The translations under genes were made by a program, and so were the position numbers. From positions 1 through 63,656 of the forward strand of contig JBDKUM010000070.1 of assembly GCA_039679715.1 (NCBI GenBank): a stretch of DNA of 63,656 nucleotides. Direction: 5' to 3'. A model generated the notes under the pieces. That model saw nothing but the letters and a program-made list of their open reading frames with translations, was not told the origin of the DNA and ran no database searches. Shown here piece by piece: positions 18,919 to 27,816 of the stretch (its first letter is position 1; each line of letters opens with the position of its first letter). This DNA is from Phycisphaerales bacterium (lineage in GTDB: Bacteria; Planctomycetota; Phycisphaerae; Sedimentisphaerales; UBA12454).

Positions 18919-19695
18919 ATGTCTCTAGGGCAAATTATCAGGAATCGCAGGCGGGAAATTGACCTCACCTTAGATGAGGTCAGCGCAAAAACGGGGTTTT
19001 CAAAACCATACTTATCCACTATTGAAACTGGGAAAGTAAAAAATCCCCCTACTGATGAGCTGTTGCGAAAACTGGAAGAAGTCTTGCAGGTCAAGCCGGG
19101 TACTCTCCGCCATGCGGCGAATCTGTATAGAATGCCCGCCGATGTTCGTCAGCAATTCGAAGCATCCGAAGCCGAAAATGAAAGGCTCCGCAAGCTAATG
19201 CAAATGATCAAAGATAAAAAAACCAAAGACAAAGAAATTCATGAACTGCTTTCGAATAATGAACCGCTGGCTAATAAAGAAGTTTTTGAGAAGGGGCCTG
19301 GAAAGCTTATACCTGTAATAAACCGCGTTTCGGCAGGTTATCCAGTTGATTTCGATGATTTGCAATACCCCGCGGGCTTTGCAGATGATTATGTCCGCTG
19401 CCCTGATGTAGATGACGCAAATGCTTTTGCGGTCAGGGTTATTGGTGATTCGATGGAACCAAAATTCATCGAAGGCGATATCGTAATTTTCGCGCCGAAT
19501 CTTGATGTCCGCAATGGCGATGATTGCTTTGTACGTATGAAAGAGCCGCATGAATCGACTTTTAAGCGGGTATTCTTCGAGAGCAATGAGAAAGTCCGTC
19601 TCCAACCGAGAAATGAAAAATATCCGCCAATGATAATCGAGGCCGGCAGGGTTGACGGCTTGTATCGGGCAGTAATCAAGTACGAAAGACTATAG
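18919..19695 (+). CDS. LexA-like repressor: XRE-family HTH + S24 self-cleaving peptidase domain
   Basis: N-terminal HTH_3 (LTLDEVSAKTGFSKPYLSTIETGK). C-terminal S24 with catalytic Ser in VIGDSMEP and Lys in STFKRV. A long charged linker joins them. Confidence 0.8.
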   Translation: MSLGQIIRNRRREIDLTLDEVSAKTGFSKPYLSTIETGKVKNPPTDELLRKLEEVLQVKPGTLRHAANLYRMPADVRQQFEASEAENERLRKLMQMIKDKKTKDKEIHELLSNNEPLANKEVFEKGPGKLIPVINRVSAGYPVDFDDLQYPAGFADDYVRCPDVDDANAFAVRVIGDSMEPKFIEGDIVIFAPNLDVRNGDDCFVRMKEPHESTFKRVFFESNEKVRLQPRNEKYPPMIIEAGRVDGLYRAVIKYERL

Positions 19696-19755
19696 AGCGG
19701 GCAAAATCTTGCGTTGAAAAAGATTAGAATTCGAGTATAATAGGCCCAGCAATTT

Positions 19756-19829
19756 GCACCCGTAGCTCAATTGGATAGAGTCACGGACTTCGAATCCGAA
19801 GGTTGCAGGTTCGAGTCCTGCCGGGTGCG
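19756..19829 (+). tRNA. tRNA-Arg (anticodon UCG)
   Basis: Acceptor GCACCCG/CGGGTGC, D-arm GCTC/GAGT, anticodon loop CTTCGAA, T-arm GCAGG-TTCGAGT-CCTGC, discriminator G. From memory it is close to E. coli tRNA-Arg. Confidence 0.88.
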
Positions 19830-19836
19830 ATAACCA

Positions 19837-20300
19837 ATTCAAAAATCAAAATTTAAAAATTAAAATTGAGGAAAGATTTTCAATAATGCGCAAGACAAAA
19901 CTTGCGCGTTCTTTGAAAAAAGTGATTCAAAATGACACGAAAAAGTGTGAATTAAGCGAAAAAAAGTGTTCAAAAAGCGTCCAAAAGTAGTCAATAAGTA
20001 GCCAGAAAGCGATGAAAAGTGGGGGAAAAGTGAACCACGGATTTAACGGATTTACACGGATAATTTAACCACGAATGAACTCGAATGGACACTAAATTCA
20101 AAATTTAAATATCAAAAATCAAAATGACACATCAAAAATAAAAAACATCATCTGGCGGTTGCGGTAACAAGGCTCGTTTCGGATGTAGTTTTTCGGTTGC
20201 GGAATAAAAAGCGGGCCGAATATATTTTTTCTAATCGCTGATGACACGGATTTCACTGATTTTTTTCACCCACTCGGCTAACGAACTGATTGCCTTACTT
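19837..20300. repeat. Long non-coding array of degenerate 'stutter' words downstream of tRNA-Arg
   Basis: No ORF of 60 aa or more. Runs of re-copied words include AAAAGTG-type (19920-20030), CACGGATTTA/ACGGATTTA/CACGGATAATTTA (20036-20092), AAATCAAAA-type (20096-20150) and ATCGCTGATGACACGGATTTCACTGAT (20234-20260). Confidence 0.55.
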
Positions 20301-20303
20301 TTT

Positions 20304-23300
20304 TCATTTTATTATCACCTCTGTTGTCTGGCCTGTAGTTAAGGCAACTTCAGTTTTACCTGTATAAAACGGTTGGTTTGTATAATCGTTTGCGGCATAG
20401 TCCATCTCGAAAATTTCATAGTCAAGCAGGAAACGGCCAGCGGGCAGATTAAGCTGCGGCTTTGGGCTTACAATAGATCTAAACTGCTCTTCGGCTTGTA
20501 AGTACACAGGAAGGCGGTCTGTTTCAGAAAAATGCATCTTCAATTTATAAATTTCATTGTTTTGGAGATTTTTAGCTTTGCAATATACAATCACAGTTGG
20601 TTTTGTTATTAATTTTTTAAAATTTTCATCCATCACAAATTTCACAATCGCACTTTTCTGAAGTTTAATTTGCTGAGAAATATCTGCATCATCTTCAATT
20701 CGTATATTTTCCAGCGATGCCGGCAGAAAACCATCCAGTGACGCAAAAAGGAAATAATTACCTTTCGTCAGATTTTCAAATTTAGTCATTCCATTTGCGT
20801 CTGTTTTAGCGAAAGGAGAAATGGAATTCATAAATTCATCCGCTAAGCTGCATGCAGCATTTTCGAGAGGAATATTACTTTCGTCGGTAACAAGGACCTG
20901 CAATTTCGAATTGGCCGGCAAAAACTTTATTTCAGGTGTTTTACCATTTTCAATTAGAAACTGTTCTGAAAGAACCTGTAATTTCTTTGTTCGAAGTACA
21001 AGAAAGTATTTACCGGGTTTTAGATTTGAAAGTTTAAAAGTGCCATCAGAACTAATCATATCCGCAGATGAACCATATTCCCAATTCATCTTTATTTTTC
21101 CTGAAGGCGAATTAATATCCTTAGGATTCCATCTCCTTGCCATTATAGATAAATTCTGCTGCCCGATGAATTCAGATGGAATTCTGCCGCTAACTGTTGC
21201 TGAACCGAAATCGATATTCACACTTGAGTCTGATTTGATCTCTATCTGCTTAGTCTCATGAATCCTGTCATAATTGCCTCTTGAAGCAGATTGCGAAAGA
21301 TAATAGCTTGCAGTAATTTCGTAATTGCCGGGGGATAAACCGGTAATTTTATAATGACCGTTGCTGTCGCTAATAGCACCTTTGGAAAAACTCATTTCAT
21401 TGTCTCGACTTCTGAATAAAACATGCGTGCCGCTTAAAGGGATATTGGCTTTAGTGATCAAACCTGAAACAGTGAAGCCTTGTTCATTTCCAAAATCCAT
21501 TTTTAGCTTTTGTCCCGATGAGAAGGCTAATCTTTTAGAAGCTAAAGAAAAACTAGTACCATTGATAAAGGGCGATATTTGCGAGAAATATAAATTTGCA
21601 GCCGGGAGTTCAGTAAAATGATAATCTCCATTAGCATCAGTAACAGCTTCCTTTTGAATGTAGCCCATATCTTTTAACTTGAAAACATTGTATAAATCGC
21701 AGTTGATTCTGATTCCCTGAACGCGTTTGCCATCAATAAATACTGTTCCGAAAAGTTCCGCACCTTTTTCGAGCATAATTTCTGAAAGCATATCTTTGTC
21801 ATCAGGCAAATTCAGTTCTGAATCAATGTAAGGTGCAAAGCCTGGCGCTATAACATAAATTCCTCTTTTTCCGCTGCCAATCGAATCGAACCTGAAAGTT
21901 CCATTTACATCTGTCAGGAAAGTATCATTGCTTGACCAGTGTTCACCATTCATCGAGAGGCGATTTTCCTTTGAAAACCACCGCACAGACGCTCCTTTGA
22001 CAGGCTGATTTGCTTCATCCACTACTTTGCCTACGATCATAGAAGCTGTCATAAGTTTGAAAACGATTCTGTTCGGGTCGTCTGATATAGCCTGGACACG
22101 GACAGGATCTAAGGTAAGAATGTCAAAGCCTTGAGCACAAACTGTGATTGAATAATTTGCATCGACTGGGAGAGTTTCTCTGCCTGTATCAAAAAGGCCG
22201 TCTGGATTTGCAAACTCATAACCCTGCCGGTTCCAATCCGCATTAAAACCTCCTGGAAAACCATCATTATATTTACTGCTGTCGAGTTTAACATTGAACT
22301 TTTGTATGGGCTGACCAGTTTTGCCGTCGATGACACGGCCGTAGATTCTTCCTGCGATTTTTACAGTGATAATATTTTCCTCCGCACTGCCAATCACGAT
22401 TTCGGGCATTACATGTGAAAATGATTCGCCCCAGACTTCGAGGATCATTTTGCCCGAAACAGGCGCATTTTCTATTGTAAAGGAGCCCTGTGCATCAGTT
22501 TTTAAAGTGCTCCTACAATCAGAAAGATTAGTGACGCCGTCGATTTCACGAATACTTATGTTTGCATTTGCAACAGGATTACTAAGATTATCAATTACTT
22601 TACCATGCAAAGGTTTTGGTGTTTCGAGTTGAATATCAACCTGTTTTTGAGTTTCATTTTCTGAAATTGTAAATCTCTGAACATAAGGCGGATATTGCGG
22701 ATTAACGGCCCAGAGCACAAGCTGACCTTTATCCACATTTTTCAATTCATAGTATCCATTGGCATCAGTTTCATTTTTTACACAATTCCACATAGCCCGA
22801 GATTCAGTATTTCCAACGGTAACTTTTGGCAGAGGATTGCCAAGCGGATCGGTAACTATGCCGTAAACAGTAATACCTTTTTTCAGAACTACGTTAATTT
22901 TTGCTGTTTTACCAGCGGAAGCAGGGGTGAAATTTATAGATACCTGCGGAAAATTTTCAGATTTTACATGCATTTGATAATTGCCGAAAGAAGGATCAAG
23001 GCCGTCAAGTTCGTAAAACCCATTTGCATCTGTAAGTACCGATTGATTTGAAAGATGAAAAGCTGCAACAAAAGCACCAGCGACAGGATTGTCTGATTCG
23101 TCTTTGACAAAGCCGGCGACCTTGCATGATGGTGAGAGACTTATCTTTATGACTATTGAATTTACGTCGGCATCAATTCTATTCTTCAGGAAATTTTTTA
23201 TGGAGATGTTGATTTTATCCGAAGCATAATTCTGTGCGGTGATATAGATACTGCTATCATATCGATTGTCTAAACCGCAAATTTCGAAAAAACCATTGGA

Positions 23301-23477
23301 GTCGGATGCGGCGGTAATTTTGCCGCTGGCCCCTCTGTAACTTATTTTTGCATTCACAATTGGTTTGTTTGTCTGTTTTTCAACAACCCGGCCTCGAAAG
23401 CAGTTGGAATCGTAAATCTCTGCGTGCGATAATGATAAGATAACGAGTACAAGAAAAATACCTCTGCATTCTTTCAT
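20304..23477 (-). CDS. Large secreted protein made of about ten carboxypeptidase-regulatory-like (CarboxypepD_reg/Ig-like) domains
   Basis: Signal peptide MKECRGIFLVLVILSLSHA. A ~80-100 aa module recurs: G.V.D....P...A.V......TDANG.F.L..L..G.Y. Confidence 0.75.
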   Translation of the reverse strand: MKECRGIFLVLVILSLSHAEIYDSNCFRGRVVEKQTNKPIVNAKISYRGASGKITAASDSNGFFEICGLDNRYDSSIYITAQNYASDKINISIKNFLKNRIDADVNSIVIKISLSPSCKVAGFVKDESDNPVAGAFVAAFHLSNQSVLTDANGFYELDGLDPSFGNYQMHVKSENFPQVSINFTPASAGKTAKINVVLKKGITVYGIVTDPLGNPLPKVTVGNTESRAMWNCVKNETDANGYYELKNVDKGQLVLWAVNPQYPPYVQRFTISENETQKQVDIQLETPKPLHGKVIDNLSNPVANANISIREIDGVTNLSDCRSTLKTDAQGSFTIENAPVSGKMILEVWGESFSHVMPEIVIGSAEENIITVKIAGRIYGRVIDGKTGQPIQKFNVKLDSSKYNDGFPGGFNADWNRQGYEFANPDGLFDTGRETLPVDANYSITVCAQGFDILTLDPVRVQAISDDPNRIVFKLMTASMIVGKVVDEANQPVKGASVRWFSKENRLSMNGEHWSSNDTFLTDVNGTFRFDSIGSGKRGIYVIAPGFAPYIDSELNLPDDKDMLSEIMLEKGAELFGTVFIDGKRVQGIRINCDLYNVFKLKDMGYIQKEAVTDANGDYHFTELPAANLYFSQISPFINGTSFSLASKRLAFSSGQKLKMDFGNEQGFTVSGLITKANIPLSGTHVLFRSRDNEMSFSKGAISDSNGHYKITGLSPGNYEITASYYLSQSASRGNYDRIHETKQIEIKSDSSVNIDFGSATVSGRIPSEFIGQQNLSIMARRWNPKDINSPSGKIKMNWEYGSSADMISSDGTFKLSNLKPGKYFLVLRTKKLQVLSEQFLIENGKTPEIKFLPANSKLQVLVTDESNIPLENAACSLADEFMNSISPFAKTDANGMTKFENLTKGNYFLFASLDGFLPASLENIRIEDDADISQQIKLQKSAIVKFVMDENFKKLITKPTVIVYCKAKNLQNNEIYKLKMHFSETDRLPVYLQAEEQFRSIVSPKPQLNLPAGRFLLDYEIFEMDYAANDYTNQPFYTGKTEVALTTGQTTEVIIK

Positions 23478-23751
23478 TTTGTTTCTCCTTAAAGATGCCG
23501 GATTATATCATCTTTTCAGGGAACATAAAATAAAAAAAGCAGGTCTGCCCCTACATTATGACACCCGCCACCTTTTATGAGGGCAGGCAGGTGCGGCGTC
23601 ATGGAATTAAATATCAAAAGCGTCGTCCTACTGGCGATGGCTAAACAACCCCGGCGCTAACGCTTGGGGCTCTGAATCTGCATTAAATAATGGTTTATTG
23701 CGTTGTTACCTATAAAACGGTATAATAATGTAAAATGACGGGAGACTTAAT

Positions 23752-24780
23752 TTGAAGAATTGCAATCAATTATTTGATTATGCCATCAATCAAAAAGCAA
23801 CCGATATTCATATTTGCGCGGGAGCACCTGTGCAATTTCGTATCGGAGGAAAACTCAAACCTGTAATGGAAGAAAAACTTACCCCTGAAAAAAGCAAAGA
23901 AATCTGCTATGAGATGCTCACGGCAGAGCAGATTGAAATTTTTGAGCATAATCTTGATTTTGATTTAATGCGGGCTTATAACGGCGCGCGATTTCGCATT
24001 AATATCGGTTTTTTTAATAGTACAGTCGGGGCAACAGTACGTGTACTTTCAGGTGAGCCGAGAACGCCGGATGAATTGTTCCTGCCGGAGATTGTTAAGA
24101 CGCTGGCACAAAGAGAGAAAGGATTGGTTCTCATTACAGGCAGCACCAGTCAGGGCAAAACAACAACAATGTCGGCCATGATAGATTACGCAAACGCAAC
24201 CCAGAAAAAACATATCATTACGATAGAAGATCCAATCGAATATATCCATAAAAATAAGAAAGGTATTGTTCGACAACGCGAGATCGGGCGAGATACCAAA
24301 ACTTTCGCAAGCGGCCTGCGAGCTGCGCTTCGGCAAGACCCGGATATCATAGCTATCGGTGAAATGCGGGATTATGAAACGATCAAAATAGCATTGACCG
24401 CGGCGGAGACGGGAATCCTGGTTCTTTCCACTTTGCATATCATTTCAATTGATAAGATGATTGAACGCATTTTAAGTTACGGGCCGGATGAAAGCGAAAA
24501 TACTATCCGTTTTCTATTGGCAGAGACATTGCAGGGAGTTATTCATCAGGAATTGCTGCCATTGGTTGGCGGAGGCCAGAGGGTTGCATGTGAAATAATG
24601 ACTAGTACAAACAGCGTTAAAACCATAATCAGACGCAAAGGCGGTTTTCACCTGCGAACTGTTATCGAAACCGGCAAAAAATACGGGATGTGTACGATGG
24701 CTGAAGAGGTTGAAAAACTGCTTGGCGAAAAGCTAATCAGTCCGGAGATTGCACAAATTGTAATGTCGAATTATGCATAA
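23752..24780 (+). CDS. pilT: Type IV pilus retraction ATPase PilT-like (TTG start as in the track)
   Basis: ATDIHI, Walker A GSTSQGKTTT, Asp box ITIEDPIEY, Walker B DPDIIAIGEMRD, His box ILVLSTLH. No other pilus genes are nearby. Confidence 0.82.
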   Translation: MKNCNQLFDYAINQKATDIHICAGAPVQFRIGGKLKPVMEEKLTPEKSKEICYEMLTAEQIEIFEHNLDFDLMRAYNGARFRINIGFFNSTVGATVRVLSGEPRTPDELFLPEIVKTLAQREKGLVLITGSTSQGKTTTMSAMIDYANATQKKHIITIEDPIEYIHKNKKGIVRQREIGRDTKTFASGLRAALRQDPDIIAIGEMRDYETIKIALTAAETGILVLSTLHIISIDKMIERILSYGPDESENTIRFLLAETLQGVIHQELLPLVGGGQRVACEIMTSTNSVKTIIRRKGGFHLRTVIETGKKYGMCTMAEEVEKLLGEKLISPEIAQIVMSNYA

Positions 24781-25239
24781 ATCACACCCTGCGCTGGTCA
24801 GGGTGCTAAACGGCAGACCGGCCAGAATGGCAGACGAATACCTCAATTCACACAGACAGATTATACATAATAAAAAAATATTACCTGTTTTAGAGGCTTT
24901 AAATGCGGGTTGGCGGGTTTTTCAAATTTAACGGCATAATAATGGTACGTCAGTTGCACCTCTATAGTATAGGTATCGCTAAAAATATGTTTTTTCAGTC
25001 GGCAATCAAAATAGAGTTAAAAAATGCGGTTTTTTCATGAAGCAGTACTCTTTTTTGGTCGATATTTTAGCGTTATGATAGTTTCATCATAATAAGGTAA
25101 GCCAATCGTCCTATAATGCGAACAATACGGCGATAAAAACATATAATAATGGTAAAAGATTGAAAATTTAATACTTTAGATTTAGAATTTACTAAGAATT
25201 TTATTCCGGCAGGAATAAACAACTTGAGAGGTAAAATAT

Positions 25240-27798
25240 ATGTTTGAACGTTTTACGGACAGAGCACGGAAGGTAATGGCACTTGCGAACCAGGAAGCGC
25301 AAAGGTTCAATCACGAATATATCGGGACAGAACATATCCTGCTCGGACTTGTTAAAGAAGGTTCGGGAGTAGGCGCTAATGTTCTGAAAAATCTCGATGT
25401 CGATATAAAGAAGCTTCGTCTGGAAGTTGAAAAACTCGTAAAGAGCGGTCCTGATATGGTAACGATGGGCAAACTTCCGCACACGCCACGCGCAAAGAAA
25501 GTAATCGAATTCGCAATCGAAGAGGCACGTTCTCTTAATCATAATTACATCGGCACTGAACATCTGCTTCTTGGCTTGCTTCGCGAGACCGAAGGTGTAG
25601 CGGCACAGGTTCTTATGAATCTCGGATTGAAACTCGAAGATGTACGTCAGGAAGTTTTGAATCTGCTGGGAGCCGGTGTTGAAAATTCGATGCCATCGCT
25701 TGATATGAAGATGGATCCGACAATGGGCGGCAAAGCCGGCGCGGCAGGACAAAAAAGCAGAACGCCTGCGCTCGATAGTTTCGGCAGAGATTTGACACAG
25801 CTTGCGGCTGAAGGCGAGCTGGATCCTGTTATCGGCAGAAGAATTGAGATTGAAAGACTTGTGCAGATTCTTTGCAGAAGAACTAAAAACAATCCTGTAC
25901 TTATCGGCGAAGCTGGTGTTGGTAAGACCGCTATCGTTGAAGGTCTGGCCCAGAGAATTACAGACAAGCAAGTTCCTGAGATACTTCGCGATAAGCGAAT
26001 CGTATCGCTTGACCTTGCCTTGATGGTCGCAGGCACGAAGTACAGAGGTCAATTTGAAGAAAGAATTAAAGCAGTTATTAATGAAGTCAAACGCGCGAAG
26101 AACGTTGTATTGTTCATCGATGAGCTTCATACACTTGTCGGAGCGGGCGGCGCTGAAGGCGCTATCGACGCTTCGAATGTTTTGAAGCCTGCACTTTCGA
26201 GAGGCGAGGTACAATGTATAGGCGCGACGACTTTTGACGAATACAGAAAATATGTCGAGAAAGACGCAGCACTGGAAAGAAGATTCCAGACGATAGTAGT
26301 TGAACCGCCGAGCAAAGAAGAAGCTGTTGAAATTCTTAAAGGTCTTCGTGACAGATACGAAGCACATCACAGAGTGTCGTTCAGCAATGAAGCTTTATTC
26401 CAGGCGGTTGAACTTTCGAGCAGATACATTACAGGAAGATGTCTGCCGGATAAAGCGATTGACGTTATAGATGAAGCGGGCGCTTGCGTTCGCTTGAAAA
26501 ATATGACAGCGCCGCCGAACATGGCGGAAATTGAAGCTGAAATCGAAAAGATACAGCTTGAAAAAGATGAGGCTGTAAAGACAGCGGATTACGAAAAGGC
26601 GGCTGCACTTCGTGATCAATGCCAGAAATTGCTGGATAAAAAAGCATTAGTTCAGCAGGAATGGTATGACAAGAATAAGGAAAACGCGGGCGATGTAGAT
26701 ACTGAAATCATCGCGGAAGTAGTAAGCAAGATGACGGGCGTACCGCTGAAGAGACTTGAAAAACAAGAAGCACAAAGACTGCTTGATCTGGAAGGCGAAC
26801 TGCATAAGCGCGTTGTCAGCCAGGATGAGGCTGTTCAGGCAATCGCGAAATCAGTTCGCAGAAGCCGAAGCGGATTGAAAGATCCGAATCGTCCGATGGG
26901 TTCGTTCATATTCATCGGGCCAAGCGGCGTTGGCAAGACATTGCTTGCCAGAGCTTTGGCTGAATTTATGTTCGGCGATGAAGACGCTTTGATCCAAATC
27001 GATATGAGCGAGTACATGGAGAAACATAATGTCAGCAGGCTTGTCGGCGCACCTCCGGGATATGTCGGATATGAAGAAGGCGGCCAGTTGACTGAACGCA
27101 TCAGACGCAGACCATACGCGGTATTGCTGCTTGACGAAATTGAGAAGGCGCATCCTGACGTTTATAATATGCTTCTTCAGATTATGGAAGAAGGCCGATT
27201 GACTGACAGTTTCGGCAGACATATCGACTTCAAGAATGTCATCCTTATTATGACAAGCAATATCGGTGCGGATCTGATTAAGAACCAGGCAGGTTTCGGA
27301 TTCGGCAAACGTACCGCTGAAGCGAACTATGAAAAGATGAAAGACATGCTTAATAAGGAAGTGGAACGTCATTTCAGACCTGAATTCATCAACAGGCTCG
27401 ATGATGTTATCGTCTTCCATTCGCTGACAAGAGAAGATTTGAATACGATTGTCGAGTACGAACTTAATAAGGTATTCAAACGGCTGATTAAACAAGGCTA
27501 TCGTCTTGAAATCGAGCCGGCGGCAAAAGAATTCGTGATTGAGAAAGGTTATAACACCGAATTCGGCGCAAGACCTCTTCGCCGTGCGATCGAACGGTAT
27601 ATTGAAGATACGCTTTCAGAAAATATTCTTCGCGGCGAATTTAAAGGCAAGAATGTAATTAAAATCGCAGTACAGGATGAAGATCACCTGAAGTTCGAAG
27701 GCTTATTTGAAGAAAGAGCAAAGCCGGAAGTTGTAGGGGCTGGAAACAAACCTGATCAGGGTGCAAATCCGACTGAAAACCCGACTGAAGGAACATAA
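25240..27798 (+). CDS. clpC: ATP-dependent Clp protease ATP-binding subunit ClpC (class I AAA+)
   Basis: Double Clp_N repeat ([20 protein letters not shown].../...[15 protein letters not shown]), Walker A GEAGVGKT and GPSGVGKT, a UVR-like middle domain ([19 protein letters not shown]), and a GAGAGG RBS upstream. Confidence 0.93.
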   Translation: MFERFTDRARKVMALANQEAQRFNHEYIGTEHILLGLVKEGSGVGANVLKNLDVDIKKLRLEVEKLVKSGPDMVTMGKLPHTPRAKKVIEFAIEEARSLNHNYIGTEHLLLGLLRETEGVAAQVLMNLGLKLEDVRQEVLNLLGAGVENSMPSLDMKMDPTMGGKAGAAGQKSRTPALDSFGRDLTQLAAEGELDPVIGRRIEIERLVQILCRRTKNNPVLIGEAGVGKTAIVEGLAQRITDKQVPEILRDKRIVSLDLALMVAGTKYRGQFEERIKAVINEVKRAKNVVLFIDELHTLVGAGGAEGAIDASNVLKPALSRGEVQCIGATTFDEYRKYVEKDAALERRFQTIVVEPPSKEEAVEILKGLRDRYEAHHRVSFSNEALFQAVELSSRYITGRCLPDKAIDVIDEAGACVRLKNMTAPPNMAEIEAEIEKIQLEKDEAVKTADYEKAAALRDQCQKLLDKKALVQQEWYDKNKENAGDVDTEIIAEVVSKMTGVPLKRLEKQEAQRLLDLEGELHKRVVSQDEAVQAIAKSVRRSRSGLKDPNRPMGSFIFIGPSGVGKTLLARALAEFMFGDEDALIQIDMSEYMEKHNVSRLVGAPPGYVGYEEGGQLTERIRRRPYAVLLLDEIEKAHPDVYNMLLQIMEEGRLTDSFGRHIDFKNVILIMTSNIGADLIKNQAGFGFGKRTAEANYEKMKDMLNKEVERHFRPEFINRLDDVIVFHSLTREDLNTIVEYELNKVFKRLIKQGYRLEIEPAAKEFVIEKGYNTEFGARPLRRAIERYIEDTLSENILRGEFKGKNVIKIAVQDEDHLKFEGLFEERAKPEVVGAGNKPDQGANPTENPTEGT

Positions 27799-27816
27799 CG
27801 ATTTAAAATTTAATAT

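Noticed and set aside
19837-20300. CRISPR array after tRNA-Arg
   Set aside because: There is no constant repeat of 24-40 nt and no regular repeat-spacer period. The words are 7-13 nt, degenerate and directly adjacent. No cas genes are present.
18552-20300. Integrated prophage or genomic island at the tRNA genes
   Set aside because: There is no integrase, excisionase or phage gene. I could find no duplication of the tRNA 3' ends downstream. Only the repressor-like gene is present.
24781-25239. CIRCE or CtsR operator upstream of clpC
   Set aside because: Only a half-site-like GGGTGCTAA is present, without the TTAGCACTC partner at 9-nt spacing, and there are no GGTCAAA direct repeats. The small inverted repeats present (TTATGAT-N6-ATCATAA, TTATTCC-GGC-AGGAATAA) match no operator I know.
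25201-26370. 389-aa ORF antisense to clpC
   Set aside because: It lies entirely within the strongly supported clpC frame. Its translation is low-complexity (Phe/Arg/Cys/Ser-rich) with no motif. This is a typical shadow ORF of a long gene.
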